A stretch of DNA of 64,000 bases, taken from an uncultured Planctomycetaceae bacterium. Lineage in GTDB: Bacteria > Planctomycetota > Planctomycetia > Isosphaerales > Isosphaeraceae. Position 1 is the stretch's first letter; each line of letters begins with the position of its first letter. This document shows, piece after piece, positions 25,265 to 35,758 of this stretch. The notes beneath the pieces are model-generated. The model was not told the origin of the DNA, made no database searches, and worked only from the letters and a program-made list of their open reading frames with translations. Position numbers and translations under genes: made by a program. The DNA lies in the NCBI GenBank assembly GCA_963833985.1, contig CAWIAD010000002.1, positions 5,504,001 to 5,568,000 of the forward strand, written 5' to 3'.

Positions 25265-25531
25265 TCACTTCTTCGCAGGAGCAGGAGGCGTCGTCCCCAC
25301 CTTGCCCTTGGGGGCTCCACCAGAGCCGGCACCCGCCATTCCCGGATTCCGCTTCGCGTACTCTTCCATCGAGTTGATCGGAGGGGTGCGCTGTTCCGGC
25401 GGAATGTCGGATTCCTTCGACTTGGCGATCATCTCGTTGCTAGCCGCCTCGTTGTCTTCCGCGCAACCGGTCAAGCCCAGGCAGCAGAAGCTCAGCAGGG
25501 CCACGCTCAACCCACAGGTGAACAATCTCAT
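25265..25531 (-). CDS. Small lipoprotein accompanying DUF1559
   Basis: Lipobox LGLTGC after a hydrophobic stretch; low-complexity Pro/Gly tail. Confidence 0.7.
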   Translation of the reverse strand: MRLFTCGLSVALLSFCCLGLTGCAEDNEAASNEMIAKSKESDIPPEQRTPPINSMEEYAKRNPGMAGAGSGGAPKGKVGTTPPAPAKK

Positions 25532-26269
25532 GATGAGTCTGACGCTCCTCACAAAAGTACGACGGATGAAATTGATGCACGAGGTTCAATGACGCTTTCG
25601 CTGGACCGTTGCACGCGCAGCGCCCGCTCTTGGTCAGGAAACAGCCACAGCCCGCGAGTTCCCAGCTGCCATGCCGAAACAAACATCCGCGTGATATCTT
25701 CGCTAATGCTCGGCCAGATGGCCCAGAACGCACGCACGACCTTGTTGAACGTTCAACCGGTGACATTCCGGTCGATCGCTACAAATCACGAACCGAATGA
25801 TCGAATGCACGATGCAAGCGAAAGGTCAGAGGCCAAACCACTTTTGATCTCGTCACTCTAGCGTGGTGCGGCCATTCTGCCAAGAATCCACCCGGTTTAT
25901 CGTGAAATTTCATACCCGAGTCAACAAAAAAACCATGAATTTGGGATGTTCGGGGTCCCGAATCGTTTTTGATCGTCCAGTCCTGCCTGATCACTCAGGC
26001 GTTTTGACCCTGGCAAATGGCTGCAAAATCAAGGCCGGAGCCCGAAAATGCTCGGCCTACACGATCTGACCACTCGCGTCGCTCTCGAGGTCCGAAACCG
26101 CCGGAACCGGCCGGTGGTCAATCCTGACCACGTCCGGATGGCATGGGCACGGTGCACTTTCACCGGGACGGGACGGCTCGCGGCTGTGCCAGGAATTCTA
26201 CCTGGCTTACAAATGCCAGCTCGAATGCACGCTTGCCCGGGTGGACCAGCAGCATGGCCTCGGCACCGA

Positions 26270-26646
26270 CGTTTTTTCCCGCTGGCCGGTAGCCAGCAGA
26301 TTGCGGCCAGCCATAACGGGCAGTGACGGTCACGAGCCGTCAGGGTCACCAGCAGTGTCGTCGCACTCAGGGGTGCGGCCAGATGAATGGCGCCGGTAAT
26401 TACTCCCAGTGCGAACGTGGCTGCCAGGCTAAGCTGAAAGAGCCAGTGCAGGTCGATCCAGGGCCGATCGGCAGACGTGAAAGTGAACGGGTCGTGCGAT
26501 GGGACTCTTCCCTGGGTCCAGATTCACTGGCCCGATTTCAGGTGCCACCAGATGCCGGAGTCGTATAATTCCTGGCAGCCCAGCGCACAGGCGCACGCGA
26601 CCAACAGGAACAGCAGAACACGATTACCAATCGGGCGTTGCAGCAT
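26270..26646 (-). pseudogene. Truncated remnant of a DxDxWWHL-type (GT-C-like) membrane protein gene
   Basis: Manual translation from ATG 26646: MLQRPIGNRVLLFLLVACACALGCQELYDSGIWWHLKSGQ*IWTQGRVPSHDPFTFTSADRPWIDLHWLFQ... In-frame TGA at 26524-26526; resemblance fades near 26280. Confidence 0.7.
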
Positions 26647-26721
26647 TCGACATGGATGTCAAGGACCTGCAATATTGATTGCCCGTGACTTTATTGGAAC
26701 TTTGCTCGATGAGCGGATCAA

Positions 26722-28533
26722 GTGAAAGATTCGTGGCTGCCGGGCCGCGGACGGGGCTGTCCCATCGTGAAGCCTGAGCGATGGGACACGAAGTGCTGGG
26801 GTGCCGGGAGATTCGCGCTCTGCCTGGGATCGCTTTTACTCCTTGCCGCGGGCTGTCCGCGTCGCACCGACAAGCCAGCGGCTTTACCACTTCCAGCAGG
26901 GTCAGGGTCTACAACCGGTTCAGAACACACGCCAGGAAAGAAGCCTCAGAGCCAGCCCGTGGCGCCCGTGCTCCAGTTCCGCACCCAGGAACTTCCTTTT
27001 CGCTATGAGCGCGGCGAGACGGGAAAGGCCTGGCCGAGCGAGACGACAGGGGGTGGCGTTGCGCTCATCGACTATGACGACGACGGCCGCCTGGACCTCT
27101 TCTTTGCCCAGGGAGGTCCACTCATCGCCGGTAAAGACCACCCGCCGCTTGCGGATGTCTTGCTCCGCAACCTGGGCAACGGCCAGTTTGAAGAGGTTTC
27201 CCGCCAGGTTGGATTTGTCCCCCGAGGCTACGGCCAAGGCGTGACGGCAGCCGACTACGACGGTGACGGCGACGTTGACGTCTACGTCACGCGCTACGGC
27301 CGCAACACGCTCTGGCGTAACGACCGCGGCCATTTCACCGACGTGACCGACCAGGCCGGCGTGGGATGCCCACTCTGGAGCCTGGGGGCCGCGTTCCTGG
27401 ATTATGATCGCGATGGCGACCTGGACCTCTTCGTGGCCAACTATTTTGCTTTCGACCCGAAGGATGCACCGTTTGGCCGCGACCCACAGACCGGCGCTGT
27501 GCGCTATGGAATGCCCGCCGAGTTTGACGGGCTGCCGGATGTGCTTTACCGCAACAACGCAGACGGCACGTTCACGGACGTGACTGAACGGGCGGGCGTG
27601 GGCGGCAAGGGTCGGGGCATGGGCTGCCTGGCCGCGGACTTTGACGGCGATGGCTGGTCCGACATCCTCGTCGCGAACGATGCCGAGCCTAACGCCCTCT
27701 GGCACAACCAGCACGATGGCACATTTCGAAACGTGGCCGCAGACTGGGGCATCGCCGTCAACGCCGAGGGCCAGGTAGAGGCCAACATGGGCATCGCCCA
27801 CGGGGACCACAATCGTGATGGCTTCGCGGACGTGATCATCTCGCACTTCTTCGGCGAGCATGCCACGCTCTGGCGCAAGGAGCGGCTGGCCGACGGCAGT
27901 ACCTTCTTTGAGGATCGCACACAGGAAGCGGGCCTGGCCATGGACACGCAGGCCATGACCGGTTGGGGCGTCGTCCTGGCTGACTTCGACCAGGACGGCT
28001 GGCTCGACCTGATCATGACCAATGGCCACATCCGCCCCGAGCCGTCCCAGACGTATCGTTACGAGAACCCCCCCCTTCTGTGGCGTAACTCAGGCGAGCG
28101 GGGCCGATTCCTCAACGTCTCGGCAAGCGCCGGGCCCTATTTCCGGGCGAACCATCTGGGCCGTGGGCTTGCCGCCGGCGACCTTGACGGCGACGGTGAC
28201 CTGGACGTGGTGATCGTCCACCACCATGCACCAAGCGTGGTTCTGTGGAACGAGACGCAGCCTCAGGGCAACTCCCTGATCCTCGAGCTCCGGGCTCGGG
28301 GAAAGAACCCTGACGCTCTGGGGGCCCGGATCGTCGCCCGGGTTGGCAGCCAGACCCTGGTCCGGTCCATCGACGGCGGAGGCTCCTACATCTCCACGCA
28401 CGACCGGCGCGTGCACCTGGGCCTGGGCTCAGCGGCACAGGTGGACCGCATCGACGTGACCTGGCCGGATGGCCGGGTGGAGACCCGCGAGCATCTTGCG
28501 GCACGAACGGTCATTCGATGGGAGCAAGAGTGA
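26722..28533 (+). CDS. CRTAC1-family FG-GAP/ASPIC-UnbV lipoprotein
   Basis: LLLLAAGC lipobox, ETTGGGVALIDYDDDG, repeated DxDGDG motifs, GGGSYISTHDRRVHLGLG; start uncertain. Confidence 0.88.
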   Translation: MKDSWLPGRGRGCPIVKPERWDTKCWGAGRFALCLGSLLLLAAGCPRRTDKPAALPLPAGSGSTTGSEHTPGKKPQSQPVAPVLQFRTQELPFRYERGETGKAWPSETTGGGVALIDYDDDGRLDLFFAQGGPLIAGKDHPPLADVLLRNLGNGQFEEVSRQVGFVPRGYGQGVTAADYDGDGDVDVYVTRYGRNTLWRNDRGHFTDVTDQAGVGCPLWSLGAAFLDYDRDGDLDLFVANYFAFDPKDAPFGRDPQTGAVRYGMPAEFDGLPDVLYRNNADGTFTDVTERAGVGGKGRGMGCLAADFDGDGWSDILVANDAEPNALWHNQHDGTFRNVAADWGIAVNAEGQVEANMGIAHGDHNRDGFADVIISHFFGEHATLWRKERLADGSTFFEDRTQEAGLAMDTQAMTGWGVVLADFDQDGWLDLIMTNGHIRPEPSQTYRYENPPLLWRNSGERGRFLNVSASAGPYFRANHLGRGLAAGDLDGDGDLDVVIVHHHAPSVVLWNETQPQGNSLILELRARGKNPDALGARIVARVGSQTLVRSIDGGGSYISTHDRRVHLGLGSAAQVDRIDVTWPDGRVETREHLAARTVIRWEQE

Positions 28534-28840
28534 GCCCTGGACGCTGCTCGCTTTGCCTGCCCGATCCCCGTCCGGCCTGCCGATTGTTACCAGCAACCAG
28601 CATCAGGTTCCGGACGTATACGACCAGTCCCAGAGCCTGACCTGTGATGATCACCGGGTCGCGCCGCCCGATTGCGTAAATGAGCAAGGCGCTTCCACCC
28701 AGCAAACTCAGCCACCAGAAAGCCACGGGGACCACGGAGTCGCGCCGTTGCTCGGAAACCACCCACTGAATCATGAAGCGTGCGGTGAACAACGCCTGAC
28801 CCAGAAACCCGACGAGCAGCCAGAAGCCCTGCGCGCTCAT
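28511..28840 (-). CDS. Lipid-A-disaccharide synthase N-terminal (LAB_N) domain protein
   Basis: GFLGQALFTARFMIQWVVSE...SVVPVAFWWLSLLG...RDPVIITGQ...YVRNL; ATGA overlap with the upstream GT2 gene. Confidence 0.9.
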   Translation of the reverse strand: MSAQGFWLLVGFLGQALFTARFMIQWVVSEQRRDSVVPVAFWWLSLLGGSALLIYAIGRRDPVIITGQALGLVVYVRNLMLVAGNNRQAGRGSGRQSEQRPGLTLAPIE

Positions 28841-29821
28841 GGTTGAGCAAGCCTCCCCTTGGCCCATGTATTGAACCGAGACTGCGTTCGGAAAAGTGCC
28901 ATCTCGGGCTCATCAGCAACCGCTGGCGGCACGGCTCCGTTACCCACGACCTGGTACCCGATGGGACGGTGTAGTAGCCACAGAACGCCGAGCAGATCCA
29001 CGATCACGCGGAGGGATCGATTCCACAGTGTGTAGTGAGAACGCCCCTGTCTGCGTGGCCTGTGGCTGACCGGAACCTGGATGATGCGGCAGTGCTCGCG
29101 CAGCAAGAGCGGCCCCAGAAACCGGTGCACGCCGTGAAAGCACGGAAGCTGGAGCGCCAGTTCACGAGGAAAGATTCGCACCGAGCAGCCCGTGTCGCGG
29201 ATGGACTGGCCAAGCACGAAGTTGCGCGTCCTGTTGGCGAGCCGGCTGATGACGCGCCGGTGCCATGAGTCTGCGCGCTTGACCCGCCACCCAAGCACAG
29301 CATCATGGCCTGGAAGAGCGTTCCAGAGCGTGACCAGGTCGGCCGGGTCGTTTTGCAGATCGCCATCCAACGTGCCAATCCACTCACCCTGTGCGTTGCG
29401 AAAGCCTGCAAAGGTTGCCGCGGATTGCCCCGACGGGAGTGCCAGCCGGAGTGGGCGGAGCTCCCTGGTAGCGCTCTGCCAGGTCACGGAGGACCTCGGG
29501 GGTAGCATCCTCGGACCCGTCATCCACCACGATGATCTCGAACCCAGATAACCGGCGGAGCGGCGGCGCCGTTGATTCCGTGCAGACAGGGCGGAGTGCC
29601 CGCACGATCTCTGAAACCAGGGAAGGCAAGTTGAACGCCTCGTTCCGGGCCGGAATGATGACCGAGAGGAAGTCACTTTGACTCTGGCTCGGCCCGGGTC
29701 CCATTGCCGAGGATCGCCAGCCGGGCCACTGATCAGCAACCGCTGGCGCGTGGCGTGCCCTGATATGGGCACCTTCCATCACTTCCGTTCGCTGAGCGCG
29801 ATCAAACCGACGATATGACAT
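28837..29821 (-). CDS. GT2 glycosyltransferase (polyprenol-phosphate glycosyltransferase type); frameshift near 29465
   Basis: SVIIPARNE and VVDDGSED in ORF 29384..29836; GQSAA, DGDLQNDP, DTGCS and HRFL in ORF 28837..29772. Confidence 0.85.
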
Positions 29822-30051
29822 GACCGGCCTCCACACCCTGCCCGGGAGAATCAGGCAAGTCCGTCTTCAGCCCCGGAAAGATCATCCACGCGGCCCTCCG
29901 TCCGTCAAGGACTCAGGGCTGGAACACTGTCACGGCAGGTTCCGCAATGTGGATGCAGCGCAGGAAGACTGACAGGATGTTGCGAGATGAGCCGGGGATT
30001 CTGCATACTGCCGGCCTTTTGTCCATGCCAACTGCCGGCACTCTATCGCTC

Positions 30052-30891
30052 TTATCGCTTCCCCAGGTATGCCACTAGCCCCATCCCGAAGAGAATGAAT
30101 GCAAAGCCGATGAAGAGCGCGCTCACAATCAGCAGCGCCGGTTCGCGAGCGAAGATCCACCACCCGAAACACCCAATCGCCAGGGCCCCCGGCATCAGGC
30201 AGAGAAGGAGAAATAGCTTCAGCGGATTGTAGGTGACAATCACCTCGATCAGGTACTGCAAGGTGCGCAGTGAGTCGCGGATGATGTGCACCTTCGACCG
30301 GCCAATCCGCCGGTGATACTCGATCGGCATGTACACGACGAACTTGCCCGTCAGCTTGTAAATGAGCGTGAGCGTCGTCGTGAAACTGAAGCCCTGGCAA
30401 AGGTCTGGAAATAAAGGCAAAACCTGTGATTTGCGAAACGTACGCAAGCCTGAATTGATATCCGGGATCCGTGCCCCGGAGGTGAATTCGACCAGGAATT
30501 TGAAGAGCAGCCGCGCTGGTGCTCTGAGCAGCGAGTCATGCTTCCAGATGGCTTCGCGTGTGCCAACCGCCATATCGAAACCTTGCTCGAGCTTCTCGAC
30601 CAGACTGTTGATCTTTTCGACAGGGTAGGTGCCGTCGGCGTCGGTGATGGCAATGATGTCATGTTGTGCGGTGCGGATCCCATCCATCAGGCTACGCCCG
30701 TAGCCGCCATTTGTGGGATGACGGATGACGGTAGCACCCGCGGCTGCGGCCATCTCTGCGGTCTGATCCGTGGATCCATCATCCACCACCACGATCTCGC
30801 ATGTGGGGTTGTGCGTGCGGATTGCCTGAATAACTCGCGCAATGCCGCGCTCCTCGTTGAATGCGGGAATGACGACGGAAAAGGGACTCAT
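30052..30891 (-). CDS. GT2 glycosyltransferase with C-terminal TM helices
   Basis: SVVIPAFNEE, VVDDGSTD, TDADGTY, DINSGLR and RIGRSK motifs. Confidence 0.92.
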   Translation of the reverse strand: MSPFSVVIPAFNEERGIARVIQAIRTHNPTCEIVVVDDGSTDQTAEMAAAAGATVIRHPTNGGYGRSLMDGIRTAQHDIIAITDADGTYPVEKINSLVEKLEQGFDMAVGTREAIWKHDSLLRAPARLLFKFLVEFTSGARIPDINSGLRTFRKSQVLPLFPDLCQGFSFTTTLTLIYKLTGKFVVYMPIEYHRRIGRSKVHIIRDSLRTLQYLIEVIVTYNPLKLFLLLCLMPGALAIGCFGWWIFAREPALLIVSALFIGFAFILFGMGLVAYLGKR

Positions 30892-30913
30892 GGAACGGTG
30901 CCCGCTGAAGAGG

Positions 30914-32895
30914 TTAGCGCTGTGCCGGTGCGGGGACCTCTCCTGAACGCACGACTTCGGCTGGCTTCAAGGGACGGCTTGTAAGGATAGCATGCGCCAG
31001 GCGAAGTCGTTCCGGTGAACAACTGGGTGGCGGCTCGAGCAATCGAGGGTCGGCTGTCAGCAACGCGAGTGTGACCCGGGTTGAGGGATCCTTCAGAGCA
31101 TGTCTGTAGGCATCCACGGCAAACCGTCGCGCATCGGGGTTTGCATCCTGCGTACTCAGCCACCAGCCGCCTCGCTCATGCCAGGCTGCCTGGCTTTCAG
31201 GGTCCCGACGGGTGGCTTCATCGAGCAACCGGCCGGCCAGCTCGTGCATCTGGGGCAGGTTGCGGATCAGGCGAGCCTGGGCCACGGTCGTCGCTGGCTC
31301 CTTCACCATGGCAGCCCAGTGGCGGGCCACCGCGGCTTTCCAGAGCTCATGCACTGGCCCGGGTTCGCGGATCGCCTCCGACACTTCTGTACGCATACGC
31401 ACCGCACGTGCATCGTCAACAACGTTGATGGCAGCATCGAGATCATCGGCCTGAACATGGGCAACGAAGAGTGCAAGCTGAAAATAACCCCAACGGTCGG
31501 GATCAGGGTCGATGCCCGGCGCCACGAGAGAACGGCCACCGGCAGGGCGACGAAGACAACCCGCCAGGCAACCTGTTTCCAGTGGCCAGCAACCACCTGC
31601 CGTGCCAGCTCTACCACCCCGGCTGCGGCAAGCAGGGCAAAGCCTGGCGCCCATGGAACGCGATAGCGGCCCAGCACCAGGAAGAGCGCCGTGGAGCCGA
31701 TGCCGATCAGCGTGGATAGGACCAGAAACCACCAGAACGGCGTGCGCTGACGACGCGTTAGCCCCAGAGCGGACCAGGGTGCAAGCCAGCCAAAACTGAG
31801 GAAGGACAGTTGCAAGTGGGGAGCAGCCACCAGGCGGACCCAATCCAGGCTCTGGCTGTCCGGGACTTCCAGGTCATTCAGCAGCAATCCCAGCTTGAAC
31901 ACCAAGAACCGTAGCGACGAAAAAGGCGCGGTGCGCCATTGCTTTAACCCCTCGCTCATCCAGAAGGCAGAGACCTCACCGCGCGTGAGTGGCCGACCGG
32001 TTCGTCGTTCCGCCTCGTCCGCAAAATCCAGGGCCTCGACGTGCGGATCACGGCGGATGAATGACGGCTCTCCGACGCCACTCACGTCCGGGCCATTGCC
32101 CGTGTAGAACATGGCGCCGCCCTGCCAGGTGGTCAGGATGAACTCGTGCGGCCGTGAAGTGGCATAATTCACCAGCGTCACGGGCGCGAGTGCCAGCACG
32201 AAACCCATTGCAAAAGCAACTGCCCGGATGCATCTGCCCACCCGGGTCAGGGCCAGGCCCGGGCAGATCAGCCACCAGATCGCGCCGATGGGAGCTATCA
32301 GCAAGGCATTACCCCTCAGGAGCGTGACCATACCCCAGGGGTAACCAGCGAGAGCCGCCCATAACACCCTCCGGTTTGCCTCTGAACCGTAAGCCATCGC
32401 AGTGAGCGCCAGGGCTGTACCAAGGGCCCCTGCCCCTTCCTTCTCAAGCTGCGCATCGGTGAAGACGAGGGGGCTATACATGGCGAGTGCCAGGCCCGCA
32501 AGCACCCCTTCCACCCGCCCGAGGGCGCGGCGCCCCACCCAGTAGACGACCAGTGGTGTGAGCGTGCCTGCACAGGCGAGTGCCATACGGACGGCTGCCA
32601 CACCGGTCCCGACCAGGTGCATCACGCCTGCAAGGATGTATTGAATCAGGGGATCCTGAAAGAACGGCTGGTCCGGCAGCCATTGACCGCCAAGGATCTC
32701 GCAGGCACGTTCCCAGTAGACAACCTCATCCACCCACAGCAGCCGCCCCAGGGGATGCCTCGTATACTCCGTCACGTAGAGGAGTCGCAGACCGAGCGCC
32801 ACCATGCCGATCACGAGCATCCAGCAGGCGTCCGCATGCGACCGCAGGAATGACCAGGAAGCCGATGTGTGAGGTTTGGATGTACATTCAACCAT
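30914..32895 (-). CDS. GT-C/GT39 (PMT/ArnT-like) membrane glycosyltransferase with C-terminal helical region; frameshift near 31520
   Basis: WVDEVVY...PFFQDP, many TM segments, GAMFYTGNGP, LGRYRVP; tail continues in ORF 30914..31843. Confidence 0.75.
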
Positions 32896-32987
32896 GGCAA
32901 AGACTTCCTGGACAACCCTGGCCAGGTTTGCTACTGTCCGGGCGCTGCAAGGTCTCGCTGTCTTTTCAGGACAAGGATGTCCGACCC

Positions 32988-34496
32988 ATGCCTGCGATCC
33001 ATCGGCCCTCACAGCTGGCGCCAGCGCGCAGCAAGGTGCCAGTTGCTCCCCGATCGGCCTGGCTCAGCACCGCCAGCTTGCGGCCCAGCCCTCTGAGCAT
33101 CTCACTCTATGGCGAGCCGACTGGCAATATCGAGGGGCTGAAGGCGAGTATTCAGGCCCAGGGAATTCTGGTTCCCCTGGTCGTAGCGGCAGGTGATGAA
33201 CCAGGTACCTGGGAAATCCTCTCCGGTCATCGGCGGTGGGCATGCGCTCAGGCCCTCAGCATCGCCCAGATTTTTTGCGAGATCCGCGATGAGTGTTCCG
33301 AGGATTCCCGCCAGCGCCTTATCCTGGAGTATAACCGGCAACGGCGCAAGACGTTCAGTCAGCTCATGCGTGAGGCGGATGTGCTGGAGACGATCCTGAC
33401 CGAGGAGGCCCGCCACCGGCGGCTTGCCAATCTTCGCCATCCAGCCCAGGCAACTACAGCTCATGTGGCGGCCACGCTGAACGTGGTCGACGGTCGAGAT
33501 TCCGACGATCCAGGGCTTGATGTGCCCGGCATGGTTGACACGCTGCATAAACCGAGGCGTCAGGGCCGCACGGACACGGCCATCAGCGACCATCTGGGAC
33601 TTGGCGGCAAGGATCTGTACCGGCAAGCCCGCGCGGTCTGGCGGACGGCTCAGACGGGTGATGTTCGGGCCCAGAGCAGCATTCTCCAGCTGGACGCGGA
33701 AACGAAGACCATCCATGCTGCCTACAAGGACTTGCGCCGACGCACACGGTTCACGGCCGACTTCTCTCCTACCCCTTATGATGTCTGGTCGTTCCGCCAT
33801 GACCGGGCCTTCGGCATTCCCTACCCTGGCTCCATTCCACCAGCAATCGTTGCCCATGCGATCCATTACTTCTGTCCGCCGGGCGGTCTTGTGGTTGACC
33901 CCATGGCGGGAGGCGGGACCACTCTGGACGTGTGTGCATCCATGGATCGGCGGTGTCTGGCCTATGACCTGGAGCCAGCCCGTCCTGATATTCTCCGCCA
34001 CGATATCCAGACGGGGTTTCCGGCCGACGTCCAGGAGTGTGACCTGATCTTTTGCGACCCCCCCTACCACACCATGCTGGCCAGCGCTTATGTACCAGAG
34101 AGTATCTCGACGGCCACATGGTCAACCTGGGCCACGTTTCTCACGCGGCTTACGCGCCTTTCCTTCCAGGTCCTGCGGCCTGGCGGCTACCTGGCCTTGC
34201 TCCTGGCGGCTCAAACCGAAAAGGATCTTCCCGCCGGATATGGGTACCTCGATCACGCATTCCTGGGCTACACCGCAGCGCTACAGGCAGGTTTCTATCC
34301 GGAGCGGCGGGTGAGCTGTCCGATGAGTGCCGGCTACTTACCTCAGCACGTCCGACGAGCCCGCGTCGAAGGTCGGATGCTCGGACAGGTACGGGACCTG
34401 ATCGTGGTCCGACGTCCGCTAGACACTGGGGAAGGAAACGCCCGGAATATCCCATTATTGCAATTAGCTGCCAGCACACAACTCCCCGATGTTTGA
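32988..34496 (+). CDS. ParB/Srx N-terminal domain fused to an amino (N6A/N4C-type) methyltransferase
   Basis: LKASIQAQGILVPLVV...ILSGHRRW...EYNRQR (ParB-like); VVDPMAGGGTT (motif I) and IFCDPPY (motif IV). Confidence 0.82.
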   Translation: MPAIHRPSQLAPARSKVPVAPRSAWLSTASLRPSPLSISLYGEPTGNIEGLKASIQAQGILVPLVVAAGDEPGTWEILSGHRRWACAQALSIAQIFCEIRDECSEDSRQRLILEYNRQRRKTFSQLMREADVLETILTEEARHRRLANLRHPAQATTAHVAATLNVVDGRDSDDPGLDVPGMVDTLHKPRRQGRTDTAISDHLGLGGKDLYRQARAVWRTAQTGDVRAQSSILQLDAETKTIHAAYKDLRRRTRFTADFSPTPYDVWSFRHDRAFGIPYPGSIPPAIVAHAIHYFCPPGGLVVDPMAGGGTTLDVCASMDRRCLAYDLEPARPDILRHDIQTGFPADVQECDLIFCDPPYHTMLASAYVPESISTATWSTWATFLTRLTRLSFQVLRPGGYLALLLAAQTEKDLPAGYGYLDHAFLGYTAALQAGFYPERRVSCPMSAGYLPQHVRRARVEGRMLGQVRDLIVVRRPLDTGEGNARNIPLLQLAASTQLPDV

Positions 34497-34602
34497 GCAT
34501 CCAGGATTTCTGCACGGGGCCAGGGAAAAATCAAGCCATAGATGGCGATAGCCCACTCCTACGAACTGCCACAATGACAGGTGCCACTTTGACAGGAGCA
34601 GT

Positions 34603-35728
34603 TTATTCGAGGGGGTCGCCGCAGGCGAGCTCGTAGACCTTACCCCGCACGAAAGGATTGGAGAGCGTGGGGTTGCGTCGCGTCAATGGTGCTGGCAGTT
34701 CAGCTACCGCCTGGGCAACCAGGTGTTCGAGCTCGGCGGGGCCGAGTCGTTCCAGGACATAGGCGATGGCTGCGTCTTCAGAGGCTTGTTCCTGGGCCTT
34801 TTGACTTTGCGCTGCTTGAACCTGAACCGCGTGGAGCTGGCTCTGGAGCTGGCGGCGGCGATCCTCCAGGCGACTGGCAACCTGCGGAAGCAGGTCATAC
34901 CCATCCTCGATACCGGCCCGGATATAGCCAGGAGCATTTTGCAGTTTGCCTTGCCCTTGCAGGTAAAAAGCGTTTAGCAGCACCTTGGCCACAGCTTCAG
35001 GGTCCTTCTGCCGCCAGGAGCCGGCGGGCCAGCGTCCGGGATAATCCCTGATTCGTCAACAGTTCCTGCAAATCCACAGCAACCTCGAGGCGGCCCTCCG
35101 CCGTGAGCCGGAACGGCGTTCCCGGAACCGGGATGGTCGCTGTGTCTGAATCTTTCGAATCTGTCTCTTGTTCGGGCCTAGCTCTCGGGCCGCACGCGTC
35201 CAGGAACTGGACCACTTCCTGTAAAGAATTTTGACCAGTTGGCAGGGGGTCAAGTAAAGTTTTTTGACCAGTTTCGGGAGTTACCGCTGAAGAGTCTGGA
35301 CCGGTTCCGGGGGGCGTGGAGAGGTCTGGTTTCATGCTCTTACGACGGCTCGGCCGCTGCGTCGGTACCGGCTGGCGGAGGACCCGGTATGCCGTGGACC
35401 GGCCCCTGGCCCGACTGGCGACCAGCAGCCCGGCGCGCACCAGCTCCTCGACGGCCGTGATCACGGTTTGCCGGCTCAATCCCGCCTGCTGGGCAATCGT
35501 CCGCACGCTCGGGTAGGCCCAGTCGGTACCGAAATCGGAGTACAGGCCGATGACGAGGTAGACCTTGATCGCGGAGCCGCCCAGAGTCTTGAACGCCTCG
35601 GATCGGAGCAAATCGTGCTCGACACGGAAGAAATAAGATCCCACGGCTGACCACGACCCCGGCTTGAGATGAATCCACGCAAGTGTGATATCGAAATACC
35701 GAGTGGTCCCCCGCTGCAAGCCTGGCAT
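34603..35728 (-). CDS. Putative replication initiator: N-terminal wHTH, repeat-containing linker, NxPGYI-type C-terminal domain; +1 frameshift near 35011
   Basis: AIKVYLVI...WAYPSVRTIAQQAGLSRQTVITAVEELVRAGLL. Shifting frame gives QKDPEAVAKVLLNAF, joining ORF 34603..34992 (LQNAPGYIRAGIEDGY). The true start may be GTG near 35644. Confidence 0.6.
35208..35306. repeat. Iteron-like direct repeats inside the putative initiator gene
   Basis: tggaccactt at 35208, ttgaccagtt at 35231 and 35264, tggaccggtt at 35297 (spacing 23/33/33). The 20-mers at 35221 and 35254 match at 18/20. Confidence 0.55.
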
Positions 35729-35758
35729 GGCGTACAGCCGCTGGGCAAGTCGAACGCG

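Noticed and set aside
26011..26026. Sigma54-like TGGCA...TGCA site
   Set aside because: GG-to-GC spacing is 9 nt rather than the required 10.
26524..26526. TGA recoding (Trp or Sec) in the GT-C-like fragment
   Set aside because: TGA is used as a normal stop throughout the window and the gene is truncated anyway; a TGG>TGA nonsense change is simpler.
34997..35015. Programmed frameshift in the initiator-like gene
   Set aside because: There is no slippery heptamer at the break, and similar single indels occur throughout the window.
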